Positions 9,453-19,424 are shown, counted from the first letter of the stretch. The stretch is DNA of 64,000 nt from Deltaproteobacteria bacterium (GCA_040218735.1 JAVJQW010000070.1:425370-489369); one strand, 5' to 3'. Numbers and translations: made by a program. Notes: a model not told the origin generated them from the letters alone.

Positions 9453-9938
9453 CTACGCGTGGAAGATCTGTGTGAACTCCGCTTCGACTTCTTCTTCGCC
9501 CATGTCGCGCGCGATGGAGAGCTCCTTCACGAGGAGCGACTTGGCCGTGTCGAGCATCTTGCGCTCGCCGAACGACAGGTCCTTGTCGTTCTTGAGCAGG
9601 TACAGGTCACGAAGGACCTCGGCGATCTGCTTCGGATCTCCGCTGTCGATCTTGTCCTTGTACTCGCGGTAGCGGCGGTTCCACGTGGTCGACTCGACGG
9701 AAATCTCCTTCTCTCGAAGGACGTCGAAGACCTCGTCGACTTCGCCGGGGCTCATGATCTCTCGGAGCCCATTGGCACCCGTCGGGATCATCACCTTCAC
9801 GCCGTTGTCGAGGATGCGCAGGATGTAAAACGTCTGCTTGTCTCCTCCGACCTCGTGGCTTTCGATCCCCGTGACTTCCGCCACGCCGTGTGCCGGATAA
9901 ACGGCTTTGTCACCAACCTGGAAAGGCAAACTCTGCAT
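9453..9938 (-). CDS. cdnL: CarD/CdnL family RNA polymerase-binding transcription factor
   Basis: FQVGDKAVYPAHGVAEV, TWNRRYREY, IAEVLRDL, LSFGERKML. 161 aa with no HMGA tail. GGAGG RBS. Confidence 0.93.
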   Translation of the reverse strand: MQSLPFQVGDKAVYPAHGVAEVTGIESHEVGGDKQTFYILRILDNGVKVMIPTGANGLREIMSPGEVDEVFDVLREKEISVESTTWNRRYREYKDKIDSGDPKQIAEVLRDLYLLKNDKDLSFGERKMLDTAKSLLVKELSIARDMGEEEVEAEFTQIFHA

Positions 9939-10125
9939 TCAATGCCTCCGTGAACGCCGAGCCTGTGCAGGATGCATGAAAGCACCCCAAACGTACGGCT
10001 GACGTCCGAATCGAGCGGTGGGCCAACGCTCTGGAACTATTGCGAAAACTACGCTTTTTAGGGCGTCCCTTGCCTCGATAGCGTTCTTGGGATTCCGTGC
10101 TCGACATCACCCAAGAAGCGGCGGC

Positions 10126-10154
10126 ACCGTAACACGCTGCGTTGGATCTGTAAA
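10126..10154 (-). promoter_or_regulatory. Candidate sigma70/sigmaA promoter for cdnL
   Basis: Minus strand TTTACA-N17-TACGGT in an AT-richer intergenic region. Confidence 0.55.
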
Positions 10155-10173
10155 GCAAATCGGGGGCAGCGAC

Positions 10174-10202
10174 TTGACACAGGATCGGACATTCGATAGG
10201 GT
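10174..10202 (+). promoter_or_regulatory. Candidate sigma70/sigmaA promoter for the TolC-family gene
   Basis: TTGACA-N17-TAGGGT, divergent from the cdnL promoter. Confidence 0.55.
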
Positions 10203-10356
10203 CCGCGACCTTTTGCGATTCACGCTTTAAGCGTCCGGAAACATTGGTGTTTTCCTGTCACCAGTTTCTTGCGGTTGCGGTGTGACATGCCAACATCAGC
10301 GGGTGGTGCCCCATCATCCAGCTGACCGACAGCGGCGCCAAGCGCCGTGTGGGTGG

Positions 10357-11817
10357 GTGACCGCGCGACATTCTGCCCTCGTCCCCGCCCTCCCCGGCGT
10401 GCTCGTCGCCCTGATCGGGATCCTGGACGCTCCGAGCGCCCTCGCCGATCCCGGCCCGGTGACGATCCGCCTCGAAGAGGCGTACCAGCGCGCCGAAGCC
10501 CGATCCCCCGAGGTTCGGATCCTGGCCGTGCGGGTGGAGGAGGCCGAGGTCCAGGTGAAGAAGGCTTGGGCGATCCTCAAGCCGCAGTGGACCGCGTCCT
10601 ACACGTTCACGCACCTCGAGCCGGGGCCACCCGCGATCACGTTCCCCGAGCCGCTGAACTTCAACACACCCGCGATCCGGGACAACTGCGTCCAGGGCGC
10701 CAACTCGCAGATGCTGGACGGCTGCCTCGCGGGGCTCGTCGACGAGCTCAACCGTGTCGCCAACGCCCCGCCGCGACAGCTCGACTTCGCGCGACAGAAC
10801 ACCCACCAGTTCAGCACCCGCGTCGTCTGGAATCCACTGAATGGAAGCGCGATTCCGATCCTGAAGAACGCCAACGCCAACGTGGAGCGCGAAGCGCAGC
10901 AGCGCTCGGCGCGGATCGCCGAGCTCCGGCTCGTCGTCGCCCGTACCTACTACGCGGCGCTCGCCACGCAGGAGGCGCTGCACGCCGCCGAGCGTGCGGA
11001 GGCCCGCGCGGCGGAGGAGCTCGCTCTGACACAGGCGCGCGAGGAGCTCGGTGACCGTCCGCCGCTGCTCGCCGAGGGCATTCGCATCGCGGCGACGCAG
11101 GCGAGGATCGACACCCGCCGTGCGAAGAACGCCCACGCGCAGGCGCTGCTCGCGCTCGCGCTCGTGACCTTCTCCGACGACCGCCCCGACGTCGTGTGGC
11201 CCGACGCCCTCCCCGAGCGACCGCCCGGATCGGGCGAGGCGCTCCTCACGCGCGCGCGCCGTCGCCCCGACGTCGCGGCGGCGCTGACGACCGTGCAGAT
11301 CGCGGAGCGCGCCGAGTCGGAGGTGTGGTGGCGGTTCGTCCCGACGGTCGGCGTGTTCGGGGGCTATCGACTGTCGAACGTCCCCGGGATCACGGGCCAG
11401 CGGGATCAGTGGTCGGTCGGTCTCGCGGCGACGGTGACGCTCTACGACGGTGGGCTTCGCTACGCGGACCTCGACCTCGCGCGGAAGCGCCGCGAGAGCG
11501 CGCAGCTCGCGCTGGAGGCCATTCGGCTGCGCGCGGCCGCCGACGTCGAGCGGGCCGAGCTCGATCTGGAAGCCGCCGACCTCGCCTTCGATCGCGCCGA
11601 GCAGGCGGTCCGACTCGCACGCCAGAACCTGGAGCTGTCGCGAGCGCGCTTCGAAGTGGGCGCCCTACGCCCAGCGGAGCTGCAAGCCGCGAACGACGGC
11701 GTGCTCGACGCGGAGATCGCCGTCGCCCGGGCCCGCGCGGAACGCGCCCTCGCGATCCTCGGCATGCGGCACGCGGTGGGCCTCGACGCCTCAGGTGTCG
11801 GCGAAGACGTCGAGTGA
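10357..11817 (+). CDS. TolC-family outer membrane efflux protein (start uncertain)
   Basis: Signal ending ALA, 'IRLEEAYQRAEARSPEV', 'VARTYY', 'VTLYDGG', 'RFEVG..EL..A' two-repeat OEP pattern. Confidence 0.88.
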   Translation: MTARHSALVPALPGVLVALIGILDAPSALADPGPVTIRLEEAYQRAEARSPEVRILAVRVEEAEVQVKKAWAILKPQWTASYTFTHLEPGPPAITFPEPLNFNTPAIRDNCVQGANSQMLDGCLAGLVDELNRVANAPPRQLDFARQNTHQFSTRVVWNPLNGSAIPILKNANANVEREAQQRSARIAELRLVVARTYYAALATQEALHAAERAEARAAEELALTQAREELGDRPPLLAEGIRIAATQARIDTRRAKNAHAQALLALALVTFSDDRPDVVWPDALPERPPGSGEALLTRARRRPDVAAALTTVQIAERAESEVWWRFVPTVGVFGGYRLSNVPGITGQRDQWSVGLAATVTLYDGGLRYADLDLARKRRESAQLALEAIRLRAAADVERAELDLEAADLAFDRAEQAVRLARQNLELSRARFEVGALRPAELQAANDGVLDAEIAVARARAERALAILGMRHAVGLDASGVGEDVE

Positions 11818-11827
11818 CGAACCCGCG

Positions 11828-14170
11828 TCAGTAGAAGAACCAGCGCAGCCCGCCCACGAAGGTCAGGTCGCCGATCGTCTCGCGGAACGCGAGCTCCTTC
11901 AGCGCGAGCTTGCCGTAGTTGCCTTCCGCGAACGCCTCGAAGTTCCCCGCGCCGAAGCCGATGCCGAGGATGCCGTTCACGCCGAACTGCACCTGGTCGA
12001 GGCCGAGGGACTCCGCGGTCACGCCCGAGACGCTCACGAGCCGCGCGCCCACCGCGATGCCGCCGTAGGGCCGCACCGGCCCCAGCACGAACGCCACCGT
12101 CACGCGCCCGTAGAGCGGGATGACCGTCAGGTCCGCGACCTCGGCGTCGCCGTTGAAGAGCTGCGTCGGCATGAACGCCGCCTGGGCGCCCATCGTCACG
12201 CGCAGCCGATCCATCGAGAGCGCCGCGAAGCCCGCCTCGAGCGAGAACCACGGCGACACCGACGGGTTCTTGCGCAGCTGCACACCGCCCATCGCGCCGA
12301 CGTACGGCCCGAAGCGAAGCGTCGGGACCTCGTCGGCCGGGCGCGTCCACACTGGCAACTTCACGATCGCGGAAGCCCGCGCCGTCGGGAAGACAAACGC
12401 CAGCGACTCGTCCACCACGTTGGCGTCCACGGGGTGCACGCGCGTGATGCGGTAACGGCCGACCCCGACGAGTGACATCGGCAGCTCGTCCGCGAACGGC
12501 GGGTCCGTGTACGTCGCGACCTTCACCTTGTCGCCTTCGTTCGAGATCTCGGGCGCCCCCTCGAGCATTCCCTCGCCGCGCACGAACACCACCGGGCGCG
12601 GCTCCTCGAGCGGCGTCCCGTCCAGCGTCGTCACGGTCACCTCGACCGAGGTCTCCACGAAGTCCTCGCGTTTCGTCGGCCCGTCGATGCGATCGATCTG
12701 AATCGCGACCGCCGACAGCCGGAACTTCCAGGACCGCGTCAGGACCCGCTTGCCGTCCGCCCCCACGATCTCCAGGCCGAGCACATCACCACCGGACACG
12801 GGCACCGAGCTGCCCTCGACGCGCTCACCGTTCTTCGTCCAGCGCACGTCCACGCCGCCGACCAACGGCAGCGACACCGACGTCGGCCGCGACATCGGCA
12901 ACGACGCGCCGTCCACGGGCAGCGCCGCGCCGCTCGCGTCGGTCGGCGCCTTCATCACGATCACGTGCTGCTGCCCGCTCGGCTGACCGAGGATCTCGCG
13001 CTCGTCGAACGTGCTCACGCGCGCGCGGTAGGCCCCCTCGCCGATGCCCTCCAGCGTCAGCGCGTTCGCCTCGGTGTACTCCATACGCGAAGGCCGCTCG
13101 AACTCCGCGTCGGCGTGTTTCGTCACGTCGACCATCGCGCCGTTCGCGCCCGTCGCCGGCTTCCACGCCAGCTTCACGGGCTCGCCGCGCCACACCAGCA
13201 CCGGCGCGTCGGGATCCCAGGTCGGCCCCGGCATCAGCGGCGTCGGCTCCTCGGGTGCCTCGCCGTTCTTCACGCGCGTGCCGTAACCCCGGTCCACCTC
13301 GACCGTCTGGCCCTGCGCCGCGATCTCCGCCTTGCCGTCGTACACCGAGTACGTCGAGCGCTTCTTCTCTTCGTTGTGCTCGACGCGCACGCCGCCCTTC
13401 GTCTCGACCCACGCGTTCGCCGCCGGCGTCTCGACGAGCACCGGCGTGCCCTCCTTCTTCTTGAGCCGCGCGAAGATCGCGCCCTCCTCGAGCGTCACGT
13501 CCCGCGTCCGCGGCCGCTGGTTCACCTGCGACTGCGTCCGCCCGTAGATCACCACGAGCGCCTCCGGCCCGAGGTAGATGCGGTGCCCGGAGGTGAAGGT
13601 GACCTCACCCGCCGACTGGCCGACCGTGCGCACGCGGAACAGGCGATCGAGCGCCTGCCGCAGCTCCGCCGCGTCCCACTCCGTCTTCGGCTTCTTCGAT
13701 TCGACCGTCTGGAAGATCCAGCTCACCCACGCCAGCGGGTTCCGCACGCCGACCCACAGCTCGACGCGCCGGTTCATCTGATCGGCCTGGTCCGTCTTGT
13801 CGAGCGAGAGCGGCTCCGCAAAGCCGGCGCCGATCGTCGTCATGCGCGCCGCCGGGACGCCGCGCTTCACGAGCGCGCCCTTCACGACCTCCGCACGTTT
13901 GCGCGACAGCTTCCGATTCAACGCCGCGCTGCCGTGCCGGTCCGTGTGACCGACGATCAACAAACGCTCCGTCCCCCGACGCTCGAGCGTCTTCACGACG
14001 CGGTCCATGATGCGCTCGGACTCGGGCGTCATCGCGCTGCTCCCGGACACAAATCGGACGACGCCGTCCGCGAGGCGCGATAGGTCCTCGTCGTCCTGGG
14101 CGAAAGCCGGTGAACTCCACGCCAGCGCGAGTGCCGTCACCCACGCCGCTCGTCGACTGTAGCTACCCAT
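11828..14170 (-). CDS. OmpA-like peptidoglycan-binding + FecR-like + C-terminal beta-barrel protein
   Basis: Signal peptide ending AFA. OmpA-C motifs GHTD..GS..LN..LS..RAE.V and NRRVE. FecR-like 'VRTVGQSAGEVTF..L.P.A', 'VETPAA', 'SVYDG.AEI...V.V..GYG'. Terminal strand GGLRWFFY. ATG 14170 overlaps the upstream stop. Confidence 0.85.
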   Translation of the reverse strand: MGSYSRRAAWVTALALAWSSPAFAQDDEDLSRLADGVVRFVSGSSAMTPESERIMDRVVKTLERRGTERLLIVGHTDRHGSAALNRKLSRKRAEVVKGALVKRGVPAARMTTIGAGFAEPLSLDKTDQADQMNRRVELWVGVRNPLAWVSWIFQTVESKKPKTEWDAAELRQALDRLFRVRTVGQSAGEVTFTSGHRIYLGPEALVVIYGRTQSQVNQRPRTRDVTLEEGAIFARLKKKEGTPVLVETPAANAWVETKGGVRVEHNEEKKRSTYSVYDGKAEIAAQGQTVEVDRGYGTRVKNGEAPEEPTPLMPGPTWDPDAPVLVWRGEPVKLAWKPATGANGAMVDVTKHADAEFERPSRMEYTEANALTLEGIGEGAYRARVSTFDEREILGQPSGQQHVIVMKAPTDASGAALPVDGASLPMSRPTSVSLPLVGGVDVRWTKNGERVEGSSVPVSGGDVLGLEIVGADGKRVLTRSWKFRLSAVAIQIDRIDGPTKREDFVETSVEVTVTTLDGTPLEEPRPVVFVRGEGMLEGAPEISNEGDKVKVATYTDPPFADELPMSLVGVGRYRITRVHPVDANVVDESLAFVFPTARASAIVKLPVWTRPADEVPTLRFGPYVGAMGGVQLRKNPSVSPWFSLEAGFAALSMDRLRVTMGAQAAFMPTQLFNGDAEVADLTVIPLYGRVTVAFVLGPVRPYGGIAVGARLVSVSGVTAESLGLDQVQFGVNGILGIGFGAGNFEAFAEGNYGKLALKELAFRETIGDLTFVGGLRWFFY

Positions 14171-15888
14171 CAGCTCGCCCCCTCCATCCCACTGACGTCG
14201 CGTGCATTCAACACAAAGACTCGCTGGGCCGCCGTCGTCTGGCTCGCCCGCTCCGAAATCGGGACATCCGCCGCCAGCAGCCCGCGCGTCGCCGGGTCCA
14301 TGACCACCGTCCCGGGCGCCGCCTCGCGCTCCAGCGCAGCCGCCCGCTCGACCAGGTCGCCCGCGACCGAAATCTCCTGCTGAGACTCCGGCGCCGCCGA
14401 CAGGATGCCCTCCCCCGAGACCAACCCCACTGACGCCGCCAGGACCGCTTGGTACCGCGCGGCGATGGCCTCGGCGTCGCGCGCGACGGCCAGCGCGGCG
14501 TCCAGCGCCGCCCGCGCCCGCCCCGGCTCGTCCGGGCCGAGGAACACGCCGATCACCGCGTCGCCCGAGTACCGGTCGATCCGCCCGCCGTACCGTTCGA
14601 TCGAGGCGCACGCGGCCGCGAAGAAGTCCGACAGCATCGTCAGCAAGTGCGCCTGCGCGACGAGGTCGACGAGCGGTTCAGCCCCCTTCAGGTCCGCATA
14701 CACGACGCTCACCACGGCGCGCTCGCCCCGCTCGGAGGTCAGCTCCGCCGCGAACACCTCGTGCAGCGCGCTCGGCGGCAGGTAGCGGCTCAGGCGGAGC
14801 CGCAGGTTCGTCGTCGCCCGCTCCTCGTCCCGGTGACGCGCGAGCTCGCCGAGCACCTCGTTGAAGGCGTCCGCGAGCTGACCGACCTCTCGGTATCCCG
14901 TCGCTCGGATCGGATCGAAGAACCCGCGCTGCGCCGACGCCCGCACCGCGAGCGCGAGCCGGCGGACGGGCTCGCTGAGGAACCGCGCCAACAACAGCCC
15001 GACCAACCCCGCCGCGAGCGCCGCGACGATCGCGAGCGCGAGGACCCGTTTCTTCACCGCGCCGATCGACGCCAACGCGATCGCCTCCGGACGCGACGTC
15101 CCCACGACCCACCCGACCGTCGGCGCCGACAGCACCGTCCCGAGCCGGACCGCCCCGTCGGCGTCGGCGTACCGCATGGACCGCCCCAGCTCGACGGTCG
15201 TCAGCCCGTCCGGCGCCCCGAACCCTTCGATGCGCGCGAACGGCGAGTGCGCGTCGAGGATCCGGTGGACCCGCTCCGCGTTCGACGCCGCGAGGCACCG
15301 ACGCTCGCCGTCGACGAGCACGACTTCACCCTCCTCGAGGTGACGCGCGACGAGCGCCTCCGCGATGGCGTCGAGCGTCGTCAGATCGAACTGGGTCACG
15401 AGGTACCCCATCGTGTCGCCGTCGCGTGCCCAACGCACCGCGAGGCGCACCGTGCGGCCCTCCTGGATGGGCCCCACCGCGAGCCCCTTCGCCGCGCGCT
15501 GCCGGGTCGCGAGCGCAAGATCGCTCCGGTCGACCTCCGCCGCGTCCGTCGACAGCACGGTGTCCACCTTGCCCTCCGGCCCGTGCACGGCGAGGTACGG
15601 GAGCTTCCGGCTCGCGACGAGCGCGCGCAGCATCGTGGTGCGCGCCGCGAACGGGACCTCGTCGCTGTCGAGGATGCGCTCGGCCTGGTCGAGCACGAAC
15701 TGCCGTTCGTCGAACGCTCGCACCAGCTCGGTGCGCATCTGCTCCGCGACGGCGAGGTGAAGCTGCTCGGCGTCCAGCGTGAGCGCCTCGCGGTTCACCG
15801 CCATGACGACGAACCCCAGGACCAGCGCGGGCAGCACAGCGACCACGAGGTGCGATCCGATCGTGCGGTACAGGAGCCTCGTCTTCAT
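14170..15888 (-). CDS. Membrane sensor: Cache-like domain, HAMP and class III nucleotidyl-cyclase-like domain (degenerate)
   Basis: Starts MKTRLLYR (ATG 15888). Two TM helices, HAMP 'EPVRRLA..EVGQLADAFN', cyclase-like 'VVYADLKG', 'GGRIDRYSGDA', 'VAGDLV'. Confidence 0.82.
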   Translation of the reverse strand: MKTRLLYRTIGSHLVVAVLPALVLGFVVMAVNREALTLDAEQLHLAVAEQMRTELVRAFDERQFVLDQAERILDSDEVPFAARTTMLRALVASRKLPYLAVHGPEGKVDTVLSTDAAEVDRSDLALATRQRAAKGLAVGPIQEGRTVRLAVRWARDGDTMGYLVTQFDLTTLDAIAEALVARHLEEGEVVLVDGERRCLAASNAERVHRILDAHSPFARIEGFGAPDGLTTVELGRSMRYADADGAVRLGTVLSAPTVGWVVGTSRPEAIALASIGAVKKRVLALAIVAALAAGLVGLLLARFLSEPVRRLALAVRASAQRGFFDPIRATGYREVGQLADAFNEVLGELARHRDEERATTNLRLRLSRYLPPSALHEVFAAELTSERGERAVVSVVYADLKGAEPLVDLVAQAHLLTMLSDFFAAACASIERYGGRIDRYSGDAVIGVFLGPDEPGRARAALDAALAVARDAEAIAARYQAVLAASVGLVSGEGILSAAPESQQEISVAGDLVERAAALEREAAPGTVVMDPATRGLLAADVPISERASQTTAAQRVFVLNARDVSGMEGAS

Positions 15889-16967
15889 GTGGCGCTGAAG
15901 GCGTACCAGGCGGCGAGCCCGAGCCCCGCGGCGAACGCTACCACGAGCGCGAGCCACACGACGGGACCCAGGTCGCGGTCCGTACGTGTGCTGCCGAGGT
16001 CCGTCGAACGTCCGACGTCGTCCGTCAGACCCGCCGCCTTGTCGAGCGCGAGGCGGGCGGCGCGCGCGCGCGCCCAGTCGATCCGCCGGGCGGCGATCTG
16101 CGCGGTGTCGACGACCTGCTCGCCCCCGGTGGGCGCGTCGGCAAAGCGGCCGAGGAGGAACGCCTCCACCGCCGCTCCGAGCTCCAACGCCGACTGGAAC
16201 CGGTGCGACGGCTCCGACGCGAGCGCCTTGTCGACGATCTGCCTGAGCGCCTTCTCTCGGCGCTCGTCGAGCCCGAAGTCCCAGTGGTCGAACGTCAACG
16301 GCTCGTGTGGGCGCGTCGCGATCGAGAACATCACGTGCGCCGCGGTGTCGCCGCTCCACGGGAAGCGGTTCGACAGCATCCGGTACAACACGACGCCCAA
16401 CGCAAACACGTCGGAGCGCGCGTCGACGGTGCCGGAGGAGAGCTGCTCGGGTGACATGTAGTGCGGCGTCCCCATCAACATGCCGGTCTGCGTGAGGCGG
16501 TGGTCGCGCAACAGCGCGATGCCGAAGTCGAGGAGCCGTACGCCACCGTCCTTCGTGATGAAGACGTTCGACGGCTTCACGTCGCGGTGCACGAGGTTGT
16601 GCCCGTGGACGTGGTGCAGCGCCGCCGCGACGCGCACGACGACCGAGAGCCGCGCCTCGAGATCGAACGACGCGTCGTGCATGACCTGCTCGAGCTCGAA
16701 GCCCCGCAGCAGGTCCATCGTCATCCACGCGCGCCCGGCTTCGACGCCGTGGTCGCGGACGTGGACGATGTCGGGGTGGTCGAGCTTCTCGCCGACGTCG
16801 GCCTCGCGCAGGAACCGTTCGAACAGAGAGGGGTCGGCGGTGCGTTCCAGCACCTTCAGCGCGAAGCGTTCGCCGTTGTCGTCCTCGGCGAGGTACACGA
16901 CGCCCATGCCGCCGCGGCCGAGCTCCGAGAGGACGCGGTAGCGCCCGTATCGCGCGCCCTCGCTCAA
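15885..16967 (-). CDS. Ser/Thr protein kinase with C-terminal TM anchor
   Basis: GRGGMGVVY, ALK, HRDVKPSN, DFG, GTPHYMSPE. TTG start at 16967 just after the PMM stop. Confidence 0.93.
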   Translation of the reverse strand: MSEGARYGRYRVLSELGRGGMGVVYLAEDDNGERFALKVLERTADPSLFERFLREADVGEKLDHPDIVHVRDHGVEAGRAWMTMDLLRGFELEQVMHDASFDLEARLSVVVRVAAALHHVHGHNLVHRDVKPSNVFITKDGGVRLLDFGIALLRDHRLTQTGMLMGTPHYMSPEQLSSGTVDARSDVFALGVVLYRMLSNRFPWSGDTAAHVMFSIATRPHEPLTFDHWDFGLDERREKALRQIVDKALASEPSHRFQSALELGAAVEAFLLGRFADAPTGGEQVVDTAQIAARRIDWARARAARLALDKAAGLTDDVGRSTDLGSTRTDRDLGPVVWLALVVAFAAGLGLAAWYAFSAT

Positions 16968-16971
16968 CGCG

Positions 16972-18345
16972 CTACTCGAGCGTGGCGCGCACCTTCGCGA
17001 GCTCACCTTCGACGTAGCCGCGAATCTCGGCGAGGCGCGCCTCGGTGTCGGCCTCGAAGCGCAGCACGAGGATCGGCTGCGTGTTCGAGGAGCGGATGAG
17101 CCCCCAGCCGTCGTCGAACAGGACCCGCACGCCGTCGATGTCGATCACGTCGTGCGACTTCTTGAAGTGCTCCGTCACCGCGGACACCAGCCGGAACTTC
17201 AGCGACTCCGGGCAGTCCACGCGCAGCTCGGGCGTGGTGTACGTCTTCGGGACGTCCGCCAACAGCTCGCTCAGCGGCGCCGTGGTGCGCGAGAGGATCT
17301 CGAGCAGACGCAGCCCCGAGTAGATGCCGTCGTCGAACCCGAAGAAGCGGTGCTTGAAGAAGATGTGCCCGCTCATCTCGCCCGCGAGCTCGGCGCCGGT
17401 CTCCTTCATCTTGTCCTTGATGAGGCTGTGCCCGGTTCGCCACATGATCCCGTTGCCGCCGTGTTTTTCGATGTCGTCGTACAGCGTCTTGCTGCACTTG
17501 ACCTCGCCGACGATCGTCGCGCCCGGCACCTCCGCGAGCACCGCGCGCGAGAACAGGATCATCATCTGGTCGCCCCACAGGACGGTGCCCTGCTCGTCGA
17601 CCGCTCCCAGGCGATCGGCGTCGCCGTCGAACGCGATGCCGACGTCCGCCTTCCCGTCGAGCACGGCCTTCTTGAGGTCTTCGAGGTTCTTCTCGACGGT
17701 CGGATCCGGGTGGTGGTTCGGGAACGTCGAGTCCATGTCGCAGTACAGCGGCACGACCTCGACCCCGAGCTTCTCGAGGATCGGCACCACGAACGGCCCC
17801 GCCGTCCCGTTGCCCGCGTCCGCGACGACCTTCAGCTTCCGGTCACCGAGCTGAATGTTGTTCACGCACCAGTCGATGTAGTCCGGCGCGACGTCCTGCT
17901 CGCTCGACGTCCCGGTGCGCCCGGCGTCGCCGTAGTCGTTCGACTCGATGATCTTCCGGAACGCCTGCACGTCCGGGCCGTGCACGCTGCGCGTCCCGAT
18001 CGAGATCTTCAGCCCGTTGTACTCGGGCGGGTTGTGCGAGCCGGTGATCATGATCCCGCCGTCCGCCTTCAGGTGGAACAGCGAGAAATAGAGGATCGGC
18101 GATGTGCACGTCCCGATGTCGACGACGTCCACGCCGCCGGCGTTCAGCCCCGCGATCAGCCGCTTCGCGAGGCGCGGCGAGTGCTCGCGGCAGTCGCGCC
18201 CGACGGTGATCTTGCGAACGCCTTGCTCGCGCGTGAACGCGGCGTAGGCGCGGCCGATCTTCTCGACGGCGTCCTCGGTGAGCTGCTCGTCGACGAGCCC
18301 GCGAATGTCGTACTCGCGAAAGATGGTCGGATCGACTCCGGTCAT
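16972..18345 (-). CDS. algC: Phosphomannomutase/phosphoglucomutase (AlgC/ManB type)
   Basis: IFREYDIRG, TGSHNP, FPNHHPDP, DGDADR, GEMSGH, RSSNTQP. Confidence 0.93.
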   Translation of the reverse strand: MTGVDPTIFREYDIRGLVDEQLTEDAVEKIGRAYAAFTREQGVRKITVGRDCREHSPRLAKRLIAGLNAGGVDVVDIGTCTSPILYFSLFHLKADGGIMITGSHNPPEYNGLKISIGTRSVHGPDVQAFRKIIESNDYGDAGRTGTSSEQDVAPDYIDWCVNNIQLGDRKLKVVADAGNGTAGPFVVPILEKLGVEVVPLYCDMDSTFPNHHPDPTVEKNLEDLKKAVLDGKADVGIAFDGDADRLGAVDEQGTVLWGDQMMILFSRAVLAEVPGATIVGEVKCSKTLYDDIEKHGGNGIMWRTGHSLIKDKMKETGAELAGEMSGHIFFKHRFFGFDDGIYSGLRLLEILSRTTAPLSELLADVPKTYTTPELRVDCPESLKFRLVSAVTEHFKKSHDVIDIDGVRVLFDDGWGLIRSSNTQPILVLRFEADTEARLAEIRGYVEGELAKVRATLE

Positions 18346-19394
18346 AGCAGGTCCTTCTCCTCGTTCTTCTCGAGCCGCGCGACGACGGTCTTCACGTCCT
18401 GCGACTGTCCACGCTTCATCACCAGGATCGCGTCGGGGGTGTCGACCACGACGACGTCCTCGAGCCCCACCACCGCGACCTTCCGTCCGGCGCGGGCATC
18501 GACGTAGCTGTTCTTCGCGCCCTCGAGCAGCGTGTCGCCGAGCGCGACGTTGCCGTCCGCGTCCGCCTCGTACACGTCCATCGCGGCGTCCCAGGAGCCG
18601 ACGTCCGACCACCCGAACTCCGCCGGCATCACCGACGTGCGCGACGACGGCTCCATCACCGCGGTGTCGATCGGCGCCTTGGGGAGCGTCGGGTAGATCG
18701 TGTCGATCGCACCCGGGTCGGCGTCGAGGGCGTCGAGCCCCTTCGCGAGCTCGGGCACGTGCGCCGAGATCTCCTCGTTCATCACGCGCGCCGGGAACAC
18801 GAACATGCCGGCGTTCCACAGGAAGTCGCCGGACGCGAGGTACTGCTCGGCCGTCGCGGCGTCGGGCTTTTCGACGAACCGTTGGACCGCGTGCACCGGC
18901 TCGCCCCGCACCTCGCCGGTCTTCGCGCCCCGCTGGATGTAGCCGTAGCCGGTCTCGGGGCGGTCCGGGATGATGCCGAAGAGGACGATGCGCTCCTCGG
19001 CGGCTTCAAACGCCGCGTTCAGGTACGCGGCGAAGCGCGCCGTCTTCCGAATGTAGTGATCCGCGGGCAGGACCGCGATGCGAGCGTCCGGATCCTTCGC
19101 GAGGATGTGGCGTGTCGCCCAACCGATGCACGGCGCGGTGTTCCGGCCCGTCGGCTCCACGAGCACGTTGGCCTTGGGCACGCCGGCGAGATCGTCGAGC
19201 GCGTGCTCCGCGTGCGCCGCGCCCGTCACCACGTACAGGTTCTCGAGCGGCACGACGCCTTCGAGACGCGCCGCCGTCTCCGCGAGCAGCGACTTGTCGG
19301 AGCCGATCGAGAGGAACTGCTTCGGCCGCGCCCTCCGGCTCGCCGGCCAGAACCGGGTCCCCGACCCGCCCGCCATGATCACGACGTACCGCAC
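18342..19394 (-). CDS. manC: Mannose-1-phosphate guanylyltransferase
   Basis: VIMAGGSGTRFWPASR..PKQF, EPTGRNTAPCI, PETGYGYI, FVEKP, WNAGMF, WSDVGSW. Start at GTG 19394 or ATG 19424. Confidence 0.95.
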   Translation of the reverse strand: MRYVVIMAGGSGTRFWPASRRARPKQFLSIGSDKSLLAETAARLEGVVPLENLYVVTGAAHAEHALDDLAGVPKANVLVEPTGRNTAPCIGWATRHILAKDPDARIAVLPADHYIRKTARFAAYLNAAFEAAEERIVLFGIIPDRPETGYGYIQRGAKTGEVRGEPVHAVQRFVEKPDAATAEQYLASGDFLWNAGMFVFPARVMNEEISAHVPELAKGLDALDADPGAIDTIYPTLPKAPIDTAVMEPSSRTSVMPAEFGWSDVGSWDAAMDVYEADADGNVALGDTLLEGAKNSYVDARAGRKVAVVGLEDVVVVDTPDAILVMKRGQSQDVKTVVARLEKNEEKDLL

Positions 19395-19424
19395 GCGGGA
19401 GCCGTTAACACGCGGCGCTCCCAT

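Noticed and set aside
9939-10281. tRNA, known ncRNA or small ORFs in the AT-richer intergenic region
   Set aside because: I found no cloverleaf or recognisable RNA family, and divergent promoters explain the composition.
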